Shown here piece by piece: positions 1 to 8,875 of a DNA stretch of 64,000 nucleotides; position 1 is the first letter of the stretch; every line of letters starts with the position of its first letter. Source of the stretch: Phototrophicaceae bacterium (GTDB taxonomy: Bacteria > Chloroflexota > Anaerolineae > Aggregatilineales > Phototrophicaceae); NCBI GenBank assembly GCA_965213965.1, contig OZ243925.1, positions 1,936,403-2,000,402 on the forward strand. The letters are read 5' to 3'. The notes beneath the pieces were generated by a model. That model saw only the letters and a program-made list of their open reading frames with translations, had not been told where the DNA came from and did not search any database. The position numbers and the translations under genes were made by a program.

Positions 1-771
1 TTCGAGTCCTTTCAAAATACCATCGCCCATTTGCGCTCGCCCGAAGGCTGCCCCTGGGATCGCGAGCAGACCCACCAGTCGCTGCGCCCCTACCTGATTG
101 AGGAAGCCTACGAAATGCTGGAGGCGCTGGACAAGGCTGACCCCGCCGCGCTCTGCGAAGAAATGGGCGATGTGCTGCTGCAAATCGTGCTGCACACGCA
201 AATCGCCACGGACGAGGGCGAGTTCCAGATGGCGGATGTGCTGCAGCAACTGAATCAGAAGCTGATTCGCCGCCACCCGCATATCTATGCCGACGCCGAT
301 GTCGCGGGCGATAGCGGCGCAGTCACGCGGAATTGGGAAGATATCAAGCGTGCCGAGCGAGCCACCAGCGCTGAGGCAAGCCACTCCATCCTCGATGGTG
401 TGCCCAAATTGGCGCCGGCGCTCTTGGTGGCGCATCGCTATTCGGCGCGCGTCTCCAAAGTCGGCTTTGATTGGGAAGATGCCCAGGGCGTCGTGGAAAA
501 AGCCCGCGAAGAATGGGGTGAGATCTTCTCGGCAAAAAGTGATGAGGAACGCGCGCTCGAAATCGGCGATTTGATTTTCGTGCTGGTGAATTGGCTGCGT
601 TGGCTGGGCGTGGATGATCCGGAAAGCCTCATGCGTTCGATCAATGCCAAGTTCTACAGGCGCTTCCGCTTTGTGGAGGAACAGGCCTTGGCTCAGAGCC
701 TGTCGCTTTCGGAGCTATCGCTCGACCAGTTGGAAGCCTGGTGGCAGCAAGCCAAGCAACTGGAGGATTGA
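1..771 (+). CDS. mazG: Nucleoside triphosphate pyrophosphohydrolase MazG (5' end outside window)
   Basis: The frame is open from nt 1. It has the MazG signature EGCPWDREQTHQSL..YL.EE.YE and a second MazG-type repeat. The TGA at 769-771 overlaps the next ATG. Confidence 0.85.
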   Translation, partial: FESFQNTIAHLRSPEGCPWDREQTHQSLRPYLIEEAYEMLEALDKADPAALCEEMGDVLLQIVLHTQIATDEGEFQMADVLQQLNQKLIRRHPHIYADADVAGDSGAVTRNWEDIKRAERATSAEASHSILDGVPKLAPALLVAHRYSARVSKVGFDWEDAQGVVEKAREEWGEIFSAKSDEERALEIGDLIFVLVNWLRWLGVDDPESLMRSINAKFYRRFRFVEEQALAQSLSLSELSLDQLEAWWQQAKQLED

Positions 772-1508
772 TGCCGGCGCAGACCTTGCTGGAAGGGCGG
801 CTGTCCATCCAGGCGGCGCTGGAGGCTGGCTCGCGGACGCTACATCAGTTGTTGCTAGACGAAGGCAAGCGCTACGACTGGCGTCTGAATCAATTGGCGC
901 GTCAAGCCGATGCCGCGGGCATCCCCACAAGCTACCGCCCCCGCGCCGATATCGATGAACTGGCTGACGGCAACAGCCATGGCGGCATTGTGGCTGTTGT
1001 GGGCGAGCGCAAAATTGCCTCGCTGGAAGACCTGCTGACGGCCGATTCAGCGGCATTCATCGTCATGCTGGACGGCATCGAAGACCCCTACAACTTCGGC
1101 GGGGCAATCCGCGCCTTGTATGCGGCCGGCGCGCAGGGGCTGGTCGTCGGCCCGCGCAACTGGTCCAGCGCCAGCGCGATCGTCGGGCGTGCCAGCGCCG
1201 GCGCCAGCGAACGCATCAAGCTAGCTGTCGCGCAGCAGGCTGCCGAAGCTGCCAAGTTTTTCCGTGAGCGGGGCTTGGTCATTATGCAGACGGCCAACAC
1301 CGCTGCGGCGACACCGCTCTATGCCGCCGACCTGACCCAGCCGCTCTTTCTGCTGATTGGTGGCGAGCGCCGCGGTCTGACCCGCTCGCTGCTGCAGGGC
1401 GCCGATAAGCAATTGCGCATCCCTTACGGGCGTGAGTTCCCTGGCTCTCTGGGCACGATTAGCGCCGCCGCTATCATCGCCTTTGAAGTCTTGCGCCAAC
1501 GTAGTTGA
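771..1508 (+). CDS. SpoU/TrmH-family RNA 2'-O-methyltransferase (RlmB-like)
   Basis: ATG at 771 is preceded by GGAGG (762-766) and overlaps the mazG stop. It has an N-terminal substrate-binding-like segment (EGRLSIQAALEAG) and a C-terminal SpoU knot region (LLIGGERRGL...IPYG..SL). Confidence 0.8.
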   Translation: MPAQTLLEGRLSIQAALEAGSRTLHQLLLDEGKRYDWRLNQLARQADAAGIPTSYRPRADIDELADGNSHGGIVAVVGERKIASLEDLLTADSAAFIVMLDGIEDPYNFGGAIRALYAAGAQGLVVGPRNWSSASAIVGRASAGASERIKLAVAQQAAEAAKFFRERGLVIMQTANTAAATPLYAADLTQPLFLLIGGERRGLTRSLLQGADKQLRIPYGREFPGSLGTISAAAIIAFEVLRQRS

Positions 1509-1672
1509 GTCCCGCGCATTCACAAAAAAAGCGGTTGTACACGTAGCGCACAGAGCCCTCGTGTCTATGCGCTTCGTTTTCCCTGCAGTTGAGACGCCCT
1601 TCGTCTGTCGCATTTTGGCAAGCTCTGCTAGTATGCAGGTTCGTGCGGCCAGCATAAACAGGGAGACATGGG

Positions 1673-2746
1673 ATGAAGGCACTCATTCTTGCGGCGGGGC
1701 AGGGCACGCGCCTGCGACCCGTTACGTTGACCATGCCAAAGTCACTGGTGCCGGTCGCCAACCGCTGGCTGATTAGCTATGCCATAGACGCGCTCAAAAA
1801 GGCGGGATTGATTGATATCGGCATTGTGGTCAACAGCCTGGATTCACCTATCGTCTCCAACCTGGGCGCGGGCGAGGGACTGGGTGTGCAGATCAGCTAT
1901 ATCGTCCAGGACGAGCAACGGGGCTTGGCGCATGCCACAGCCTTGTGCCAAGAATTCGTCGGCGACGAGCCATTCACTGTCTTCCTGGGTGACAATATCT
2001 TCCAGGATAAAATGACCAGCTTGCTGACCGGTTTCGCCGCATCAGAAAACGAAGCCGCTGTGGTATTGGGCAAAGTGCCCGACCCGACGCGCTTTGGCAT
2101 CGCCGAGATCGAAAATGGGCGCATTGTCCGTGTGGTCGAAAAACCGCAGCAGCCGCCCTCCAACCTGGCCATCGCCGGCGTATACCTCTTCCGCTCCTCC
2201 GTCTTTGACGCTATCCAGCGCATCAAACCATCGGGGCGTAACGAATTGGAAATCACGGATGCTATCCAGATGCTCATTAGCGATGGTCATCCCGTGCAGT
2301 CCTACCAATTGAACGGCTGGTGGATTGACGCCGGCAAGCCCGACGCCATCATCATGGCCAACCAGTTGGTGCTGGAAGCGCTGCCCTATACGCCCGCGCC
2401 CGAAAATAGCGCTCAAATTGAAGGCGATAGCGAAGTATCGCACCGCGTCTTGATCGGTCGCAACAGCCGCATCATCAACAGCGTCGTGCGCGGGCCAGTC
2501 ATCATCGGCGCCGATACGGTCATCAGCGACAGCTATGTCGGTCCTTATACATCGCTGGGCGACAATGTGGTGGTGGCTGGCAGCGAGATTGAAGCCAGCA
2601 TCGTGATGAAGAATTGCGAGATTCGCAACATCATCGGGCGCATCGACCGCAGCTTGCTGGCGGACAACGCCCGCGTATTCGCTGCCACGCATATGCCTGA
2701 CGCCCATCGCTTCGTGCTGGCAGAAAACAGCTATGTGCAATTCTAG
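1673..2746 (+). CDS. Sugar-1-phosphate nucleotidyltransferase, long form with C-terminal left-handed beta-helix (RmlA/HddC-like)
   Basis: N-terminal MKALILAAGQGTRLRP signature of nucleotidyltransferases. The C-terminal hexapeptide-repeat region is rich in I/V-G-x-x. Confidence 0.85.
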   Translation: MKALILAAGQGTRLRPVTLTMPKSLVPVANRWLISYAIDALKKAGLIDIGIVVNSLDSPIVSNLGAGEGLGVQISYIVQDEQRGLAHATALCQEFVGDEPFTVFLGDNIFQDKMTSLLTGFAASENEAAVVLGKVPDPTRFGIAEIENGRIVRVVEKPQQPPSNLAIAGVYLFRSSVFDAIQRIKPSGRNELEITDAIQMLISDGHPVQSYQLNGWWIDAGKPDAIIMANQLVLEALPYTPAPENSAQIEGDSEVSHRVLIGRNSRIINSVVRGPVIIGADTVISDSYVGPYTSLGDNVVVAGSEIEASIVMKNCEIRNIIGRIDRSLLADNARVFAATHMPDAHRFVLAENSYVQF

Positions 2747-2765
2747 CGCGCGCGAACAGCGGCTT

Positions 2766-3176
2766 TCACTGCAAAGGGCGCGGCGCCAGCAGATGATGTT
2801 CCTGCAAATAGGCGGCGGGCGGGCCCGCCCAGCCGAAGCGCTGCAGATTGACCTTGCCGCTGCCGTCAAAATGGACGCCTTCGCTTTCCAGCAGGCGCTT
2901 TTGTTCCGCGGCTTGTGGGCTGCCCGGCGGAAAACTGATGCGCCCCCGGCTGTTGATGACGCGCTGCCAGGGGATCGCCAAGCCGCGCGGCGTTTTACGC
3001 AGTGCCGTGCCCACCCAACGTGGCGCTAGACGGCGCATGGTTTGCGGCTCGGCATAGTCGCTGGGCGGGAGCATGGAAGCGATCTGCCCATAGCTGCTGA
3101 CCGTGCCCGGCGGGATCTGCCGCACGATATCCCAGACCGTGGCGAAGAATACATGAGGGTTAGGCGGGTTGAACAT
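2766..3176 (-). CDS. Alkyltransferase-like protein (ATL), an MGMT-fold DNA-binding domain without the catalytic Cys
   Basis: MGMT DNA-binding-domain pattern (W.IV..IP.G.V..YG.IA). The active-site PCHRV is replaced by PWQRV. ATG 3176 is preferred over the ORF-track start at 3197. Confidence 0.75.
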   Translation of the reverse strand: MFNPPNPHVFFATVWDIVRQIPPGTVSSYGQIASMLPPSDYAEPQTMRRLAPRWVGTALRKTPRGLAIPWQRVINSRGRISFPPGSPQAAEQKRLLESEGVHFDGSGKVNLQRFGWAGPPAAYLQEHHLLAPRPLQ

Positions 3177-3534
3177 ACAGTTACGCGGACTGACCATTGC
3201 GACGACGAATATGCGCCAGATGGTGCGCTTCTACAACGCCGTTTTTGACGCGCGCCTCAAAGCCACAGTGCACATCGGCGACCATCAATTCTATGCCGGC
3301 CAGCTCGGCGCGCTGGAATTGACGCTCTGCCCCAACGCGATCGCCGGCGTGGTCGCCCAGCAGAATCGGCAGCAATTGCGCTTTGAAGTCGGCGATATCG
3401 AGCGGGCAATGCAACGGGGCTTGGCTTGTCATGGCAGAGAAATCAACCCGATTGACGAATACAAAGGCGCCAAAGTGGCCTCACTGGCCGACCCCGATGG
3501 CAACACAATCGAGTTCTTTCAGAAGGTTTCATAG
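3169..3534 (+). CDS. VOC/glyoxalase-bleomycin-resistance family protein
   Basis: About 120 aa with the beta-alpha-beta-beta-beta pattern (LRGLTIAT..MVRFYNAVF..; C-terminal DPDGNTIEF). It has a TTG start. An alternative ATG at 3211 would remove the first strand. Confidence 0.6.
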   Translation: MNIQLRGLTIATTNMRQMVRFYNAVFDARLKATVHIGDHQFYAGQLGALELTLCPNAIAGVVAQQNRQQLRFEVGDIERAMQRGLACHGREINPIDEYKGAKVASLADPDGNTIEFFQKVS

Positions 3535-4542
3535 CGCTGGCGTGATGCTCTGCCGCAGCTGCTCGGGTGTCGGCGCATAATTGCCCAAATGGCGGACGAC
3601 GATGCCACTGGCCACATTGGCTAGTCGCACGGATTCGCGCGCCGACAAGCCGCCCGCCAGCCCCAACGTGATGGTTGCGATAGCTGTATCGCCCGCGCCC
3701 ACCGTATCATAGACATCGCTGACTCGCGGCGCTGGGCAATGGAAGGCTCGCCCGCCCTCCGCCCAGGTCGCGCCCTGTGCACCGCGCGTGATGATGGTCG
3801 CTCGCTGAATGCCCAGCCGCTCGTGCAAGTCCAGCGCGCCCCGACTGAAATCTACGTCGCTCACCAAGTCGCGGTTCAGCGCTCGCCGCGCATCGTCAGC
3901 GTTGCATTTGATGACATCCAGCCCGGCGAAGGTCTCGAAGTCGCCCTGCACATCGGCGGTCAACAGCACCGTGTTCGCCGCGCAGATCTGCCGCAGCGCG
4001 CCGACCAGCGCTGGGGTCAGCAAGCCACCATGATAATGCGATAGCAGCGCGGCATCGACTGTGCTGATCTGCCCAAACACAAATTCCTGGATTTGCGCTG
4101 CGGTTTCGGCGTTGATGGGCGCGCGCGTCAAGGTGTCGATGCGCGTTATCTGCTGTGGGAAGCGCAAACCCATCTGCGCCAGGATGCGCGTCTTCACGGT
4201 GGTGGGGCGCCCTGCGCAGCTGACCAAGCCGCTCTCAATGCCGCCAGTCCGCAAGATATCCCGCAAACGTTCACCTGCTTCGTCTGCGCCAACGACGCCA
4301 ATCTGGATGGCTCGGCTGCCCAGGCCGACGATATTCGCTGCGGGGTTGGCCGCGCCGCCAGCGATAAAATGCCTGGATTCAAACTCCAGCACGGGCACGG
4401 GCGCTTCCCGACTCAGGCGCGTTGCCCGGCCAGTGATGTATTCATCCAGCATCACATCACCGATGACCAGCACCGATTTTCCCGCCAAATGCGGAATGCA
4501 TTCAGTCAGAGTTGGCGGCATCCAGGCTTGCTCGCTGCGCAT
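3529..4542 (-). CDS. PfkB-family D-glycero-beta-D-manno-heptose-7-phosphate kinase (RfaE/HldE domain I only)
   Basis: VLVIGDVMLDEY..G...R.S.EAPVPV and C-terminal DT.GAGD motifs. There is no adenylyltransferase domain. The start is uncertain (4542 or 4521) and overlaps the upstream gene end. Confidence 0.8.
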   Translation of the reverse strand: MRSEQAWMPPTLTECIPHLAGKSVLVIGDVMLDEYITGRATRLSREAPVPVLEFESRHFIAGGAANPAANIVGLGSRAIQIGVVGADEAGERLRDILRTGGIESGLVSCAGRPTTVKTRILAQMGLRFPQQITRIDTLTRAPINAETAAQIQEFVFGQISTVDAALLSHYHGGLLTPALVGALRQICAANTVLLTADVQGDFETFAGLDVIKCNADDARRALNRDLVSDVDFSRGALDLHERLGIQRATIITRGAQGATWAEGGRAFHCPAPRVSDVYDTVGAGDTAIATITLGLAGGLSARESVRLANVASGIVVRHLGNYAPTPEQLRQSITPAL

Positions 4543-6370
4543 TGTCTATCGGAGAGTGTACATCAGCCGCCCGCAAAACGCCGAATACGAAGCGAGGCAG
4601 CCGCAGCATGCGCCGCAGCCGCCAGGGTTGCCGCAATAGCCGATACAGCCATTCCAAGCCGAGGTCTCGCATCCAGCCGGGCGCGCGCGGCACAATGCCC
4701 GCGATGAAATCCAGCGAGCCACCCACGCCCATCGCCGCCGAGACCTGCAAACGCGGCAAATTGCGGGCGATCCATTTATCCTGGCGTGGCGCGCCGTAGG
4801 CAACGAATAGGATATCAGCGCGGCTGGCATTGACCCTGGCAACGATTTGGTCTTCTTCGGCTGCGGCGGGGCTGCCGGCATAGCTGCCGACGATCTGCAA
4901 GCCAGGGTAGCTATTCTTCAGGGCGGCGGCAGCTTGTTCGGCAACGCCTGGCGCAGCGCCCAGCAGGAAAATTCGCCAGCCATTTTGCGCGGCTGCCTCC
5001 GCGATGCGCGGCAAGCCGTCTGAGCCGGTAACCCGCTCTGGCAAGGCGAATCCCTTGCGCCGACAAGCCCAAAGCAAACCCACGCCATCCGGCACACACA
5101 AAGCCGCCCGCTGCAAAATGCCCAGAAATATCGGGTCGCCCTGCGCGATCATGATGAACTCAGGATTGACGGTGCAAATTTGGCGCGCGCCACCGCCAGT
5201 TTCTATCCAGCTGGCGATTGCATCCAGCAAATCGCGGTAGGAAACAGCATCCACCGGCACCCCCAGCAAGGTCAGGCGCGGGTTGGCACGGCGCTCGAGC
5301 GCCTGCCTGGTCGGCCGCGCTGGCTTGCGTCCCGCCAGCAGCTCCCGTGCCGCTTCAAAAGCGTCGACCGGGCGCAGCAACTTCATGCAGGTGCGGGCGG
5401 CACAGCCTTCTCGCGCGCCGATTCTATGCCCGACATAGCTGCAAGGGCTGCAGGCGACGCCGCTGCGCAGCACGGCCGAGCGCCCATCAATCGCCCAGGG
5501 CCCCCAAGCCTGGGCATTGCTGGGGCCAAAGATGCTCAATACTGGCGTGCCGACGGCCGCGGCAATGTGCATGACTCCGCTGTCCGCGCCTACAAATAGA
5601 TCCACATGGGCGATGACATCCGCCAATTCAGCCAGCTTGGTCTGGCCTGTGAGATTGACATGGGGGGCGGGCAGCGACTCGGCAAGCGCCTGCCCGCTGT
5701 CGCCATGTTGCCCGACAATCACGATGCTCGCGCCGCATTTTTCCTGTAGCAGCCGCGCCAGCTGGGAAAATTGTGCTACGCCCCAGCGCCGCGCCGGGCT
5801 GTATCCGCCGCTGCCAGCATGAAAGACTACGTTGGGCGAAGCGAGCGAATTCGGCAGCAATTGCTGCGCCGCCCGCCGCACTTGCGCAGGGCGTGGCTGA
5901 CTATCTGCGCCCAAGAGCCCGACCAGATCCAGCCAGTATTGCGCTTGATGCCGCGCGCCGAAGCCGGCATCTGGCAGCGAATCGGTGAGGAAGCCCGCTT
6001 TGCCATTCTGCAAGCCGATGATGCGCCTCGCCCCGCTGACTCGGGCAATCAGCCGAAACTTCCATACGCCCGCGCGCAAGCTGAAATGGTGAAAAAAAAC
6101 CACGTTGTCGTAATGCCTTCGCGCGATATGCAGCAGCAGGCGCAGGTTGTCCGCGGCGAACAGGGCGCGGCTGGCGTTCTTGCCGGCGCGGTCGAATGAT
6201 AACGTATCGTTCACCAGCCCAGCCGGCAATATCGGCAATGCCTGTGCCGCTGCCAGCAGGTCAATCGTCGCCTGGGGGCGCGCTTCTCGCAAGGCAGCCA
6301 GCGCCGGCGTCGTCAAAATGAGATCGCCAATATCCGCCAATTGCACCAGGAGAATCCGCTCACTTCTCAT
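4502..6370 (-). CDS. Fused glycosyltransferase: N-terminal GT9 (heptosyltransferase-like) plus C-terminal GT26 (WecG/TagA/CpsF-like)
   Basis: It starts at MRSERILLVQLADIGDLILTTPAL (GT9 hallmark). ATG 6370 forms an ATGA overlap with the upstream stop. The C-terminal half (LLGVPVDAVSY...CTVNPEF...DG.G...) is GT26-like. The 132-codon N-terminal extension in the ORF track is rejected. Confidence 0.8.
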   Translation of the reverse strand: MRSERILLVQLADIGDLILTTPALAALREARPQATIDLLAAAQALPILPAGLVNDTLSFDRAGKNASRALFAADNLRLLLHIARRHYDNVVFFHHFSLRAGVWKFRLIARVSGARRIIGLQNGKAGFLTDSLPDAGFGARHQAQYWLDLVGLLGADSQPRPAQVRRAAQQLLPNSLASPNVVFHAGSGGYSPARRWGVAQFSQLARLLQEKCGASIVIVGQHGDSGQALAESLPAPHVNLTGQTKLAELADVIAHVDLFVGADSGVMHIAAAVGTPVLSIFGPSNAQAWGPWAIDGRSAVLRSGVACSPCSYVGHRIGAREGCAARTCMKLLRPVDAFEAARELLAGRKPARPTRQALERRANPRLTLLGVPVDAVSYRDLLDAIASWIETGGGARQICTVNPEFIMIAQGDPIFLGILQRAALCVPDGVGLLWACRRKGFALPERVTGSDGLPRIAEAAAQNGWRIFLLGAAPGVAEQAAAALKNSYPGLQIVGSYAGSPAAAEEDQIVARVNASRADILFVAYGAPRQDKWIARNLPRLQVSAAMGVGGSLDFIAGIVPRAPGWMRDLGLEWLYRLLRQPWRLRRMLRLPRFVFGVLRAADVHSPIDNAQRASLDAANSD

Positions 6371-7500
6371 AAGCGCCGATTGTAGCGGGAGCCGCCCAGC
6401 TCCGCGAAGGCATCCAGCACCTGCAAAGCCGCCGCCTCCCAGTTGAACCGTTGCGCTCGCGCTCGTCCTTGCGCGCCGAGCTCGCTGCGCAACCTGCCAT
6501 CTTCGCTGATGCGCCGCAGCGCCGCCGCGATATCGTTGGTCCGCAGCGGATCGACCAGAATGCCGCAGTCTCCGACCAGCTCGGGCAGGCTGGAGGTGTT
6601 GCTGGCGATGACCGGCGTGCCCGCTTGCATCGCTTCGACAACCGGGAAGCCGAAGCCTTCGTGCAGGCTGGGGCAAAGCAAAGCCAGCGCGCCCGCCAAT
6701 AGTGCGGCTTTGTCGGCGCCGTCGATGTAGCCGGTCTGCCGCAGGTTGCTCGCGCCTGCCAGCCAACTTTCATCGAAGAGCCAGCCGCGCCCGCCCGCCA
6801 GCACGAGCCCCGTTTCCCCGTCCGCTGTTTCGGCTTGCCACTGCGCAAATGCCTGCACGATGCGCGGGATATTTTTGCGTGGCTGCAAGGTGCCCAAGAA
6901 CAAAAAATAGCGCTTCGGCAGTTGATATTTGCGGCGCGTCGCTTGCATCTGGTCTGGCGTTGTAGCCAGCGACGCGGCTTCCACACCCGGATAAATCACG
7001 CGGATTTTGTGGCGCGGCGTGCCATAAAAGCGCGCCAGGTCATGCGCGGTGGCTTGGCTATCGGCGAGCACGATATTGGCTCGCTCCTGGCTGTAGCGGG
7101 TGCTGGCATTGAGATAAAACCGTTGCCAGGCTGTGTGCGCGGCAGGGAAGAGCTTGTAGCCCAGGTCGTGCGCCGTCACGATGGCCTGGCCGGGGAAGAA
7201 AAATGGCAAGGTATGCGCCGGCACAAACAGGATATCGTGTCGCCGCCTCCAGAGCGCCGCCGCCAAACCCAGGTGCGTCCACAAACGTGGCAGCGGTATG
7301 ACCACTTGCTCAACATATTTTGAGCGCTCAAAAAGCCCAGCCGCTGGGCGTTCCCGAAAATAAAGGTGAAAGTGATGCGGCTGCGCCAAACCCTCGTTGG
7401 CGCGCATCAGCGCCTGGATCAGGCACAGGGCGTAGGTCTCGGTGCCAGTCGGCTGGGCGACGGTGGCGCGGCTGGCATCAATGGCGATGCGCAGGCTCAC
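6367..7500 (-). CDS. GT4-family (GT-B) glycosyltransferase
   Basis: MSLRIAIDA....TG...Y N-terminus and the EGFG.P..EAMA.G.PV C-terminal motif. GTG start in a GTGA overlap with the upstream stop. Confidence 0.85.
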   Translation of the reverse strand: MSLRIAIDASRATVAQPTGTETYALCLIQALMRANEGLAQPHHFHLYFRERPAAGLFERSKYVEQVVIPLPRLWTHLGLAAALWRRRHDILFVPAHTLPFFFPGQAIVTAHDLGYKLFPAAHTAWQRFYLNASTRYSQERANIVLADSQATAHDLARFYGTPRHKIRVIYPGVEAASLATTPDQMQATRRKYQLPKRYFLFLGTLQPRKNIPRIVQAFAQWQAETADGETGLVLAGGRGWLFDESWLAGASNLRQTGYIDGADKAALLAGALALLCPSLHEGFGFPVVEAMQAGTPVIASNTSSLPELVGDCGILVDPLRTNDIAAALRRISEDGRLRSELGAQGRARAQRFNWEAAALQVLDAFAELGGSRYNRRL

Positions 7501-8807
7501 AAGCCGATGATGTGGCTGCCATCCCCATTGCGGAAGACATGCCGCGTATCAACGATGAGTTGGCTGTGGTGGCGCACGGCTTGCCAATCTATGGCGGAAT
7601 GGTCGGTGATGACGACGACGCAATGCGCCTCGCGCAGCAGCCCAGCACGGCATGGCTGCGAGCGCAAGATGATATCGTTTTCCAGGCGCACCTGCGGCAC
7701 ATGCGGGTCATGATAGCAGACATCAGCGCCGCGTTGTCGCAGCAGGCTGAGGATATCCAGCGCCGGGCTTTCGCGCACATCATCGACATCGCGCTTGTAG
7801 GACACGCCCAAAACCACAATCCGCGAGCCGCGCACCGAGCGCTCCCGGTCGTTCAGCCCGGCGGTGATCTTGTCCAGCACATAATAGGGCATGGAGGTAT
7901 TGATCTCGCTGGCCAGCTCGATGAAGCGCGCGTTGTAATTCAATGTCTTCAGTTTCCAGCTCAAATAATGTGGGTCGACCGGGATGCAATGCCCGCCCAA
8001 ACCAGGTCCCGGATAAAATGGCATATAGCCGAAGGGCTTGCTGGCGGCCGCTTGAATGACCTCCCAGACATCGACATCCAGCTTGTCGCACATCAGCGCC
8101 ATCTCGTTGACCAAGCCGATATTCACCGCGCGGAAGGTGTTCTCCAGCAATTTGACCATCTCGGCTGCGGTCGGTGATGACACCAACACAACGCGCTCAA
8201 CTGCCGAGGCATACAGCGCCTGGGCGACCAGGCTGCAAGCGGCTGTCATGCCACCGACGACCTTGGGCGTGTTGCGCACCGTAAAGTCGCTGTTGCCCGG
8301 GTCGATGCGCTCGGGCGAATAGGCGATAAATACATCTTCGCCCAAGGTCAGGTCGTCGCCGGCGATGCGCGGCACGATGATCTCTTCGGTCGTGCCCGGG
8401 TAGGTGGTGCTTTCCAGCACGATGAGCATACCTGGTCGGCGCAGCTGCGCGATGGATTGCGCCGCCTGGATGATATAAGACATATCGGGGTCGCCTGTCT
8501 TGCGCAGCGGCGTCGGCACGCAAATGCTGATGGCATCGACTGCCCGCAGCTCGTCGTAGTCGCTGGTGGCGCGCAATCGCCCCGCCGCGACCAAATCCGC
8601 CAGCCGCGCATCCGCCACATCGGCGATGTAACTGCGCCCGGCATTGACTTGCGCGACCTTCTCAGCAGCCACATCCACGCCCAGCACGCAGAAGCCCGCC
8701 TCGGCGAATTCCACTGCCAGCGGCAAGCCAACATAGCCCAAGCCAACGATGCCGATTTGCGCAGCGCGCGCCTCGATTTTTGCGAGCAATGTGTTCTGCT
8801 GGTTCAT
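7497..8807 (-). CDS. Nucleotide-sugar 6-dehydrogenase (UDP-GlcNAc/UDP-ManNAc dehydrogenase family)
   Basis: It starts at MNQQNTLLAKI (ATG 8807). It has the Rossmann IGIVGLGYVGLPLA motif, the catalytic-region GGHCIPVDP motif and a UDPG_MGDP_dh C-terminal domain. The upstream 95 codons of the ORF overlap the ABC permease and are rejected. Confidence 0.85.
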   Translation of the reverse strand: MNQQNTLLAKIEARAAQIGIVGLGYVGLPLAVEFAEAGFCVLGVDVAAEKVAQVNAGRSYIADVADARLADLVAAGRLRATSDYDELRAVDAISICVPTPLRKTGDPDMSYIIQAAQSIAQLRRPGMLIVLESTTYPGTTEEIIVPRIAGDDLTLGEDVFIAYSPERIDPGNSDFTVRNTPKVVGGMTAACSLVAQALYASAVERVVLVSSPTAAEMVKLLENTFRAVNIGLVNEMALMCDKLDVDVWEVIQAAASKPFGYMPFYPGPGLGGHCIPVDPHYLSWKLKTLNYNARFIELASEINTSMPYYVLDKITAGLNDRERSVRGSRIVVLGVSYKRDVDDVRESPALDILSLLRQRGADVCYHDPHVPQVRLENDIILRSQPCRAGLLREAHCVVVITDHSAIDWQAVRHHSQLIVDTRHVFRNGDGSHIIGL

Positions 8808-8875
8808 ACTATTCCCGTGCGCTTGACCAATTGGCAGGATTATAATACGCGCCCCGCCGGCTCTACAGGTAGAAA

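Noticed and set aside
1520-1600. A possible degenerate copy of the repeat terminal motif (CACAAAAAAAGCGG...GCGCACAGAGCCCTCGTG...TGCGCTTCGTT).
   Set aside because: The similarity is short and interrupted, so I cannot distinguish it from chance by eye. It is mentioned only under the repeat-family finding.
6371-6766. A 132-codon N-terminal extension of the GT9-GT26 ORF (track ORF 4502-6766).
   Set aside because: It lies entirely inside the GT4 gene in another frame and has an Arg/Ala/Gly-rich junk composition. The recognisable GT9 N-terminus starts at ATG 6370, which forms an ATGA overlap with the upstream stop.
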